This document shows, piece after piece, positions 10,239 to 17,560 of a stretch of DNA of 64,000 nt; positions within the stretch are counted from its first letter, which is position 1, and each line of letters begins with the position of its first letter. A program made the translations under genes and the position numbers. The DNA lies in assembly GCA_965277365.1 (NCBI GenBank), contig CBDICO010000001.1:192786-256785 (forward strand), read 5' to 3'. The notes under the pieces were generated by a model. It worked only from the letters and a program-made list of their open reading frames with translations. It did not search any database and was not told the origin of the DNA. The DNA comes from Phormidesmis sp. (GTDB lineage Bacteria > Cyanobacteriota > Cyanobacteriia > Leptolyngbyales > Leptolyngbyaceae).

Positions 10239-10877
10239 TCATTTGCCCCCTTCCCTGTTTAAATTGGTATGAAAACTGCCAAACAGCGCACCTAGCCACA
10301 CCTCCACCCACGGCATCCCCAAGCCATCGCTTAGTTCGGTAATCGAGACTGGAAGGGTCGGCGCTGTTTGCAACCATTGGGCGATCGCCTCCGTCCATCG
10401 GGTCACATTTTCCGAGTAGGCGATCGCTAGTACAGCCTGTTTTTGCGTTTCCTCATGGGCTGCTTCCATTTGATCTACCATTGCTAACACTGCCGCTTTG
10501 TCCACCGGAGCCGCGATCGACCCTTCTGGCGTGCTGGTTGATTTTGTCCGCCGTTTTCGGACTGGTGCTGGCTCCAGCAAATCACTCAAATCCACCGCCA
10601 TCGTCTGGCGCACCACATCCGCAAAAAAGCCTGGTTCGACGATCGGATCACGGGATGCCTCTTCCCACTCGCTGAACAACACCCCGGCTCGCACCGCACA
10701 CAGTTCTGCCATCTGAAGCAAAGCATCCCCCGCAAACTGGAGCCGTTGCGCTTCTGGCAGTTGTGCCGCTGCCACCTCTACGGCATCCAGCAGTTGGGAC
10801 ACATCGACCGCCTCAGGCATCAGCTGCGCCCGTTGCAACTGCTCCCACAGATCCAATTCCAGTTGCGTCACTCTCAT
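10239..10877 (-). CDS. Hypothetical protein of a type seen on cyanobacterial plasmids
   Basis: 212-aa ORF between two IS6 elements; QLELDLWEQL start. Confidence 0.65.
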   Translation of the reverse strand: MRVTQLELDLWEQLQRAQLMPEAVDVSQLLDAVEVAAAQLPEAQRLQFAGDALLQMAELCAVRAGVLFSEWEEASRDPIVEPGFFADVVRQTMAVDLSDLLEPAPVRKRRTKSTSTPEGSIAAPVDKAAVLAMVDQMEAAHEETQKQAVLAIAYSENVTRWTEAIAQWLQTAPTLPVSITELSDGLGMPWVEVWLGALFGSFHTNLNREGGK

Positions 10878-10918
10878 CCACGCCCTCCCATCTCAATGAA
10901 CTGAAGATGCTCCGCGTG

Positions 10919-11421
10919 GGTATTGTCAACTTAACCGGGTCTGTTCAAAATTAAGCCCAATCATTCCTGATTCGTCAGGTGCGCTCAGACTACGCGGCAG
11001 AATTCAGCCCAGCGACTTCTCGCCAATCTTGAACGCGTTGGCTCATCTGTTGGCGATAGCGTTTGGCTGTGAGTTGATGTTGTTTCGGGTGGAAATGGTC
11101 TCGAATTGGTCCAAAGGCTGAAAGAAAGCGTTGGGCTTGTCCTGGCGATTTGAATCGCCGCATTCGGCGCTCTCTCACTCGTGGCGGCTGATGGGAATTC
11201 TCGGCTCGATTGTTCCCGAATCGTCTCATACGTCACCTCGATTCCCCGATACCGCATCATTTTCTCGATGTCCCGGTAGCTCAAGGGGAAGGGGTAATAA
11301 AGCCAAACGCAGTAACTGATGATTTCGCCGGGGAATCGGTGACGAGAGTACATGGGCAAACAGTCGCGAATGGAGTGGAATCAGTACGATTATTCTACTT
11401 TTCGGTTAAGTTGACAATACC
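10919..11421 (-). mobile_element. Internally deleted IS6-family element (same family as 21064-21895)
   Basis: Perfect IRs GGTATTGTCAACTTAAC / GTTAAGTTGACAATACC; transposase jumps from YETIRE to the NNRAENSHQP region; 503 bp vs 832 bp. Confidence 0.92.
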
Positions 11422-11423
11422 GC

Positions 11424-11537
11424 GTAGTCACAGTTAATCTGATCAATCAACTCGTGATTTTGACGTATTTTTTAGGCGTGTCTCCCGATCACATCACCCA
11501 CTGGTATCGCAGCGGCATGAAACGCATCCGAAAATGA
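11424..11537 (+). pseudogene. C-terminal stump of a GT2 glycosyltransferase (TIGR04283-like)
   Basis: VVTVNLINQLVILTYFLGVSPDHITHWYRSGMKRIRK* begins right at the IS end. Confidence 0.5.
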
Positions 11538-11607
11538 TGGAGATTGAAGCATCGATTTGCAGAATTCATTACACTGAAACAAACCGCAATCATTTGATTC
11601 AACGCTT

Positions 11608-12477
11608 ATGGCAGTTCGTAAAGACACGATTTTTGAACAATATTTGGCACCGATCGCGCGTCTCTTGATCGACGAACCCGCACTGCGACGATTTTATGAA
11701 AGCATCAACTGGCAAACCGAAAGCGATCGCTTCCGAGATCCTCAACTCACCTATCCCGATTACTACAGCCGTCAAAACTTCCACAGCATCGAAAACGGCT
11801 ATCTCAATATCAGTGCTGCGGTGTCTTACGATCCGATCACGCAATATGCGCTGCCGCCTAACGAGTCTTGGGTGCGTCAGAGCTTAATCGACGCGATTCA
11901 AGTCAAACCTCGTCGCATTCTCGACTTAGGCTGCGGCACAGGCTCCACCACGCTTTTGCTCAAACAAGCCTTTCCCGACGCTGAAGTCATCGGCATCGAC
12001 TTGTCTCCCTATATGCTCGTTGTTGCCGACCACAAAACAAAACAATTAGGACTCAAGATTGAATGGCAGCAAGGCAACGCCGAACAGACCCGCTTCCCAA
12101 ATGCCTCTTTTGATTTAGTCACCGCATCGCTGTTGTTCCACGAAACACCACCCGCGATCGCCGCGATCATTCTCCAAGAAAGCTATCGCCTCCTCACCCC
12201 TGGCGGTGAAGTCTTGATTTTGGATGGCAACCAAAAAACCCTCAGACAAACCGAGTGGCTAACCCAAATTTTTGAAGAACCCTACATTCAAGCCTATGCA
12301 ACGGGCAGCATCGATGCCTGGATGGGCACGGCGGGCTTTGGCGCAATTCAAACCGAGGATTTTTGGTGGATTCATCAAGTCACCCGTGGCGTAAAGCCTG
12401 TATCGAATCAGCGATCGCAGCCCGTCAAGTTTTCAGATGTAGAAACCCTAAATGACGGGCAGTGGGCAATGGGCTAG
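11608..12477 (+). CDS. Class I SAM-dependent methyltransferase
   Basis: RILDLGCGTG, GIDLSPYML and LLFHETP motifs. Confidence 0.9.
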   Translation: MAVRKDTIFEQYLAPIARLLIDEPALRRFYESINWQTESDRFRDPQLTYPDYYSRQNFHSIENGYLNISAAVSYDPITQYALPPNESWVRQSLIDAIQVKPRRILDLGCGTGSTTLLLKQAFPDAEVIGIDLSPYMLVVADHKTKQLGLKIEWQQGNAEQTRFPNASFDLVTASLLFHETPPAIAAIILQESYRLLTPGGEVLILDGNQKTLRQTEWLTQIFEEPYIQAYATGSIDAWMGTAGFGAIQTEDFWWIHQVTRGVKPVSNQRSQPVKFSDVETLNDGQWAMG

Positions 12478-12541
12478 AAAAAAGGGAATACAAAAACTTG
12501 TAAAATAGAAATCTGTCCCTTCCTTGGTTCCGATTTCTTAG

Positions 12542-13261
12542 ATGCTGAAGGCTGTTCTATTTGATTTCAACGGGGTCATTATCAATGACGAACCGCTTCA
12601 CGAAAAGTTGATCGAGCAGCTTCTCGTCGAAGAAAATCTTCGCCCCAAGCCAGGAGAATTTCGGGAAATGTGTCTAGGGCGCAGCGATCGAGCCTGTCTC
12701 TCTGATTTGCTAAAAAGTCGCGACAGAATGGTCAGCGATCGCTATCTCGATGACCTGATTAGTCGTAAAGCCAAAGCCTATGTACAGCAACTTTCAGGCT
12801 TAGAAACATTACCGACTTACCTGGGGCTAGACGATTTTATCTTTAATCTTCGGGCGACTCCCTGCAAGTTAGCGATCGTCAGTGGTGCCAGCCTGAGTGA
12901 GATCGAGCTTGTATTAGAACGATGCCAATTGCGACAATATTTCACGGTAATCATATCGAGCAATGACATCACTATGAGCAAGCCCGAACCCAATGGCTAT
13001 CTTCTGGCAGTCGAACGGTTAAATCAAGCGTTTCCTGATCTCGATTTACATCCTGCCGAGTGTTTAGCGATCGAAGACACCTTCGCGGGCATTGCCGCCG
13101 CAAGACGGGCAGGCATTCCTGTGGTTGGGGTTGCCAACACTTATCCATTCCACATGTTGCAGCGCTGCGCCAACTGGACGGTAGACTATCTCTCAGATCT
13201 AGAACTCGATCGAATTCAACACGTTTTCTCTAAAGAAAATATTGATTCTAGAGCAAGCTAA
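12542..13261 (+). CDS. HAD-family phosphatase
   Basis: LFDFNGV, SKPEP and AIEDTFAGI motifs. Confidence 0.9.
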   Translation: MLKAVLFDFNGVIINDEPLHEKLIEQLLVEENLRPKPGEFREMCLGRSDRACLSDLLKSRDRMVSDRYLDDLISRKAKAYVQQLSGLETLPTYLGLDDFIFNLRATPCKLAIVSGASLSEIELVLERCQLRQYFTVIISSNDITMSKPEPNGYLLAVERLNQAFPDLDLHPAECLAIEDTFAGIAAARRAGIPVVGVANTYPFHMLQRCANWTVDYLSDLELDRIQHVFSKENIDSRAS

Positions 13262-13288
13262 TTTCAAGATGATAAACTACTAAAGCTA

Positions 13289-13361
13289 GGGGAGTTAGCT
13301 CAGTTGGTAGAGCGCTGCGATCGCACCGCAGAGGTCAGGGGTTCGATTCCCCTATTCTCCA
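13289..13361 (+). tRNA. tRNA-Ala(CGC)
   Basis: Acceptor GGGGAGT/ATTCTCC; anticodon stem CTGCG/CGCAG around loop ATCGCAC; T-loop GGTTCGATTCC. Confidence 0.93.
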
Positions 13362-13372
13362 TTTATATTTTC

Positions 13373-13517
13373 TGTCCATTAAAGAATTAATCAGCAGTTT
13401 TAAAGCATTAATTTCCGAAAACTGCTGAAATGCTGATTCTTTCGTCTTGCAACACAATTTTTATGTAGAATACCTCGTCTTTATTCCCAAATAGCCAGTT
13501 TTAAAGCATTAATTTCC
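13373..13517. mobile_element. Putative transposon end of a type V-K CAST (tRNA-proximal)
   Basis: TGT at 13373, 63 nt after the GTA PAM (13307-13309); perfect 22-bp direct repeat CAGTTTTAAAGCATTAATTTCC at 13395 and 13496, plus a related TTAAAGAATTAAT next to the TGT. Confidence 0.7.
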
Positions 13518-13584
13518 AAAATTTGGCTGGAAAGTTATACCGAGCTGAATTGGGAGCCTAACCCAGTAAGACTTTTAGACTTTT

Positions 13585-13619
13585 TGCAGTGCGATCACAG
13601 CGCTCCTTCCAACCTACCC
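13585..13619 (-). CRISPR. Delocalized homing crRNA unit (truncated repeat plus tRNA-Ala-matching spacer)
   Basis: Minus strand GGGTAGGTTGGAAG followed by GAGCGCTGTGATCGCACTGCA, matching tRNA-Ala 13310-13330 at 19/21 (16/17 over the first 17 nt) with GTA 5' of the target. Confidence 0.88.
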
Positions 13620-13676
13620 TTGATCTGTTCAGATTATCTAAGTTGCCGAGCGCAGAGCAAAGCAACTGATTAAAAG

Positions 13677-13859
13677 CTTTCAATTTACTTGCTGCTAAAA
13701 AGGCGATCGCAACGATGCCCTGAGGATGGCGAACCACACGAGAGTCTTTCTTTCAACCTACCTGCTGCTAAAAAGGCGATCGCAACAAATCAGCTGCAGT
13801 CGATCTCAACGTTGCCACGGTTCTTTCAACCTACCTGCTGCTAAAACGGCGATCGCAAC
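13677..13859 (-). CRISPR. Type V-K-like CRISPR array: 3 repeats, 2 spacers of 36 nt
   Basis: 37-nt repeat GTTGCGATCGCCTTTTTAGCAGCAGGTAGGTTGAAAG at 13750-13786, with variants at 13823-13859 (1 mismatch) and 13677-13713 (3 mismatches); the 3' GGTTGAAAG end is typical of Cas12k repeats. Confidence 0.9.
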
Positions 13860-14065
13860 TGATGCCGCTCAACTGCTGATGTGGTCTTGCTCCAATTTGT
13901 AAAACTGACCAACCTCAAATATCGTTGGTTGCTGTCCCTGAAATAGGTGGCAAATTTACAAAACGGAAATGCTCTCACATCATAAGAACCGGCGACAGCA
14001 ACGCTACTGGGCATTTTGGCAAACGTCCCAGGAATTTTGCTCCCGCTTCGGTTTGCCAGGTCGAT
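13860..14065 (-). promoter_or_regulatory. Probable CRISPR leader
   Basis: Lies 5' of the first repeat; minus-strand CCGAAGCGGGAGCAAAATTCCTGGGACGTTTGCCAAAATGCC resembles recalled cyanobacterial leader motifs. Confidence 0.5.
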
Positions 14066-14070
14066 GGTTT

Positions 14071-14144
14071 GGGTAGGCTCAACCCTTGCTTGGGGCGATT
14101 TGGTAGCTGCCATGACAAGTAAACCCTGTATCCTTAATAATGAG
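14071..14144 (-). ncRNA. 3' remnant of a V-K tracrRNA, cut by IS6
   Basis: Minus strand TAAGG...GCTACCAAATCGCCCCAAGCAAGGGTTGAGCC shares block order with the recalled ShCAST tracrRNA 3' end (UAAGG...GCUACUGAAUCACCCCCGAUCAAGGGGGAACCC); expected position. Confidence 0.55.
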
Positions 14145-14967
14145 GGTTGTGTCACAAAAATGGTAGGGTGGGGAGTCTAAATTTTCTCTGACCTTAACCT
14201 AAATGGCATCCCAATCCCTGTTTAAGTGACGGCATTTCTTGCCCGAAATCATTGTGTTGAATGTGCGATGGTACTGTCGCTACGCTCTGAGCTACCGGGA
14301 TTTAGAGGAGATGATGGCGGAGCGAGGGGTGGAGGTGGATCATTCCACGATTCACCGATGGGTGTTGAGCTACGCGCCAGAACTGGACAAACGAGTTCGA
14401 CCCCACCTGAATCCGACGAACGATTCGTGGCGGGTGGATGAGACGTATATCCAAATCAAAGGAGTGTGGAAATACCTGTACCGAGCGGTGGATTCGCTCG
14501 GCAACACGTTGGACTTCATGCTGAGTGCAAAGCGGGATGGCAAGGCAGCCGCCCGGTTTTTCCGCAAAGTGCTGAAAGCGACTCATACTCAAACTCCACG
14601 GGTAATCACGGTCGATAAGAACGCTGCCTACCCAGTGGCAATTGAAGCGTTGAACGCAGATGAAACGCTGGCAACAGAGACCGAATTACGGCAGAGCAAG
14701 TACCTGAATAACATCATCGAGCAGGATCATCGCAACATCAAGCGATTAACAAAGCCAATGATGGGATTTGGGTCGTTTAACAGTGCAAGACGTACCTTGA
14801 GAGGAATTGAAGCGATGAGTATGATTCGCAAAGGACAAGTAAAGGGAATCAGCCAAGGGGAGAGTGTTTCTCAAGCGAAGTTTATTGAACGAATCTTCGG
14901 AATTAGCGCTTAACGGAATGCGAACGAGATACTTCGTTTGTCACTAAAAAGTATTTGCGACACAACC
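14145..14967 (+). mobile_element. IS6-family element (same family as 9339-10168), premature stop
   Basis: IRs GGTTGTGTCACAAAA / TTTGCGACACAACC; ATG at 14203 with TGA at 14227 (codon 9); DDE motifs intact downstream; no TSD. Confidence 0.93.
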
Positions 14968-15261
14968 GTCGCGGGAGCCGTGAATGACTTTCAGTACTTC
15001 AATGCCTGCTTCAATCGGACGATAGAAAATCAGATAATCCTCAAAGCCTTTCAGTTTCCACATCCGCATTCCCGTGAGCAGGGGAAGATCGAAATCTCGA
15101 ACGACCCCTAACTTGGGTTGAGTCAGAAGTAACGCAAAGGCGCGATCGCAAGCCTCGTAGAATCGCAATCCTGCATCCATGCCTGAATAGCTTGCAATCT
15201 GGAGCGCTTCTCGATCGATATCTTGATCCGCGATCGGACGAATGACAACGCGACGCTTCAC
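14944..15261 (-). CDS. RelE/ParE-family toxin; its last residues are replaced by IS-derived codons
   Basis: VVIRPIADQDI, YLIFYR and IEVLKVIHGSRD, then GCVANTF encoded by the IS6 IR. Confidence 0.88.
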   Translation of the reverse strand: MKRRVVIRPIADQDIDREALQIASYSGMDAGLRFYEACDRAFALLLTQPKLGVVRDFDLPLLTGMRMWKLKGFEDYLIFYRPIEAGIEVLKVIHGSRDGCVANTF

Positions 15262-15521
15262 GCTTCACGGTGTCCCAATCGCTGCATTAAGCTCTGGCGC
15301 TTCTTCAGCCAGTATTCGGGAGTGACCTCGATCGACTCGCCCGATTGCAGGCTTTCTAACAGCAAGGCTTCGAGTTTTTGATCCTCTCGGCGCTTTTGGT
15401 CTTCGCGAATCAGTGCCCGAAGGTACTCACTGGGAGTGCTGTACTGGTCTTCCACCACCCGTGTTTCAATGAATTCCTTCATCGGCTTTGGCAGAGAGAT
15501 GTTCAGCGAAGTCATGTCCAT
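15258..15521 (-). CDS. ParD-family (CC2985-like) RHH antitoxin
   Basis: MTSLNISLPKPMKEFIE...YSTPSEYLRALIREDQ; 4-nt overlap with the toxin. Confidence 0.9.
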   Translation of the reverse strand: MDMTSLNISLPKPMKEFIETRVVEDQYSTPSEYLRALIREDQKRREDQKLEALLLESLQSGESIEVTPEYWLKKRQSLMQRLGHREA

Positions 15522-15531
15522 AACGTTCTCG

Positions 15532-15560
15532 ACTGTCAGTTACTGTCATTAACTGACAGT
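15532..15560. promoter_or_regulatory. Operator-like palindrome upstream of parD
   Basis: Perfect 11-bp arms ACTGTCAGTTA-N7-TAACTGACAGT. Confidence 0.6.
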
Positions 15561-15686
15561 ATCGCAAAAATAGCGCAGATTGGGGAGAAAAATGCCCGAC
15601 TTGCATCGTGAGTCTGAAGAATTGGCTTGCTCACCTGCGCACGTCCGCAGAAGTCCAGGGCGAAACCCTGATTCTGCCGTGAAGAG

Positions 15687-15804
15687 TGTGCCAGTTGAGT
15701 GACGGTAGACTGCGGGTTTCGGTTCGTCTCAAAACCGTCTCATTTTGAGATTTAGTCCAAAAGCGGTCCAGAGGCGTTTTTTAGGGTCGATTGTGCCAGT
15801 TGAG
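15687..15804. repeat. Recombination-site-like array downstream of the integrase
   Basis: TCTCAAAA-N8-TTTTGAGA (15727-15750) bracketed by the 13-bp direct repeat TGTGCCAGTTGAG (15687 and 15792). Confidence 0.45.
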
Positions 15805-16020
15805 CTAGGCACCTGGAAGGACGATCGTTCGAGGACGGCTCCTCTGAGGCTTGAAAGCGGGTTGGGTGTCCACGATCTTAGGGCATCGCTCGGTGGTCGG
15901 AGACTGACTTATCGACCGATCTCGCGATTGCAAGACGATTTCCGCTCTCTCTCTTGCAACTGGGTGTAGCGTTGAGGTTCCATACGGCTGAGTTTTGAGA
16001 ATCTGCTTATTGGTGGTCAC
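15805..16020 (-). CDS. Small hypothetical protein overlapping the integrase 3' end
   Basis: 71-aa ORF with a GTG start, co-oriented with the integrase. Confidence 0.35.
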   Translation of the reverse strand: MTTNKQILKTQPYGTSTLHPVARERAEIVLQSRDRSISQSPTTERCPKIVDTQPAFKPQRSRPRTIVLPGA

Positions 16021-17008
16021 CCTCGCTCTCGCCGATCGCCTTCAAATACGCCTCCCCTGCTGCCTGCTTAAACACGCCTTTGGTGTAGCGTTCAAACACC
16101 TGATCGCTCTTAATCCCCATCAACTCCTTGCCAAACAGCGGGTCTACCCCTCGGCGAGTCACCTCCGTCCCAAACGTGTGCCGGAACCGATGCGGATGCA
16201 TATTCTCTACCCCCGAGCTCGCCCCCAGCTTCTTCACCATCTTATGCAGTCCCTTGTAGCCCAACCGTTTTCCCACACTCTTTGGGTCTTGTGCCAAAAA
16301 CATTGGACTTTCTGGCATCGGCTCGAACACCCCACTCTGCTGCCGTCGCCACTCTAGATAGGCTTCCAAATGCGATCGCGCCTCCCGACTCAGCGGCACC
16401 TCACTCACGTTTTGCCCCTTGGATCGATGCACCGTCAAAATCTTGCCATTCCAACTTCCGACATCCAGCGCGGATGCCTCCGATGCCCGTAGCCCATGAC
16501 TGAGTACCGCCACGATCGCCCGATCGCGCACCCGCGTCCGCTCGTCCAACTCCAGCACCGCCCAAATTTCACTCAAGTCTTCCGCCTCAATGTGCGCGGC
16601 TTGCGGTTCCGGTTGCCGCTCCAAGTCGATCGCATCGGTCGGCAAGGGCTGATTCATCGGGTAGCCATTGCTGCGTCTGAGCCAGCTATAGAATGATCGC
16701 AGCGTATTGAGGGCATGATTCACCGAAGTTGGTTTCAATCCCTTCAGCTTCAGATCCCGTCGATATTTGCCGATATGGCTGGGAGTCACATCGAGCCAAG
16801 ACTGACCCGACCAAGCCGCAAAGCGTTGGAGTTGCCCGCGATAGGTGCGCTGCGTATTCTCTGCCTTCCCTGTCTGGCGTAAAAATTCCTCAATCTGCCA
16901 GTGCCTCAGATCGGGGGGTTCTTCCCAGTGGGGTGTTTCCACCTTTCCCCCCTTTATGGAGACAATCACGATCGGCAAAACGGGTTCAGCGGGTGCAGGA
17001 TTCATCAC
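16007..17008 (-). CDS. Tyrosine recombinase (XerC/D-like, with an N-terminal SAM-like domain)
   Basis: RDRAIVAVLSHGLRASE, RSKG, HPHRFRHTF and ERY motifs. Confidence 0.93.
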   Translation of the reverse strand: MMNPAPAEPVLPIVIVSIKGGKVETPHWEEPPDLRHWQIEEFLRQTGKAENTQRTYRGQLQRFAAWSGQSWLDVTPSHIGKYRRDLKLKGLKPTSVNHALNTLRSFYSWLRRSNGYPMNQPLPTDAIDLERQPEPQAAHIEAEDLSEIWAVLELDERTRVRDRAIVAVLSHGLRASEASALDVGSWNGKILTVHRSKGQNVSEVPLSREARSHLEAYLEWRRQQSGVFEPMPESPMFLAQDPKSVGKRLGYKGLHKMVKKLGASSGVENMHPHRFRHTFGTEVTRRGVDPLFGKELMGIKSDQVFERYTKGVFKQAAGEAYLKAIGESEGDHQ

Positions 17009-17033
17009 AAAATCAGAGGTTGGGTGATTTTCA

Positions 17034-17061
17034 GGTGCAGATAATTTCTCTTATCTCTATC
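17034..17061. other. dif-like 28-bp recombination site upstream of the recombinase
   Basis: GGTGCAGATAA-TTTCTC-TTATCTCTATC (11-6-11); the left arm matches the E. coli dif XerC arm GGTGCGCATAA at 9/11. Confidence 0.55.
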
Positions 17062-17129
17062 AGAGTATTCTCAGAATAATAGCAAGTATTAGATAAAAGC
17101 CTTTGCTTACCAGCGATAATCAGGGAAGT

Positions 17130-17501
17130 TGTACAGTGCCAAATTAAGGCTCTTCCGAGCTTTTGGTGATCCAGAATTTTGAGCAACCGAAACTCAGCAG
17201 GTGCGTTGGATGAATCTGAAATTACGCCACCTCAGCTACGAGTTCGCTCAATTTTGAGGATGTTGTAGAACATAGATCACCAAAAGCTTGGAAGAGCCCA
17301 AATTAAATGACATCGAGACAAATTCGTGTCGCTGAGCAAACCCCTCTCCGTTGCAGGGTTGCAGAGAGAGTTCGCTCAGCAGCTTAGCATCAGGTCAGCA
17401 GGATGGACAAGCTGGCTTTAGGCGGAAAAGCAAGCCAGATCTAGCCTTGCTCCTTTAATGACACTAATGTGTCTTCACGACCAATAAAAAGTCACTGTAC
17501 A
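17130..17501. mobile_element. Gene-less mini-element with V-K CAST/Tn7-like ends
   Basis: TGTACAGTG...CACTGTACA termini with internal GAC-N-GTC TnsB-type sites at both ends; flanks GAAGT/CCTGG do not form a TSD. Confidence 0.75.
17148..17298. mobile_element. 151-bp MITE inserted in the mini-element end
   Basis: 24-bp IRs GGCTCTTCC(G/A)AGCTTTTGGTGATC (1 mismatch); 8-bp TSD CAAATTAA at 17140-17147 and 17299-17306. Confidence 0.9.
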
Positions 17502-17560
17502 CCTGGTTTGAACCTGCGATGATTGCACGTTTGACGATTTAGGATTGCAGGTCGCTACCG

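Noticed and set aside
13841-14155. 104-aa minus-strand ORF as a Cas12k fragment
   Set aside because: No RuvC or Cas12k motifs; it spans the IS end, tracr stump, leader and first repeat, so it is a chance frame.
17380-17440. AGCATCAGGTCAGCAG inside the mini-element as tracrRNA sequence
   Set aside because: The match to my recalled tracrRNA is short and gapped; it cannot be told from chance without a model.
13368-17506. 17501 (ACA) as the partner end of the 13373 TGT end
   Set aside because: Flanks TTTTC and CCTGG do not match, and the internal binding motifs differ.
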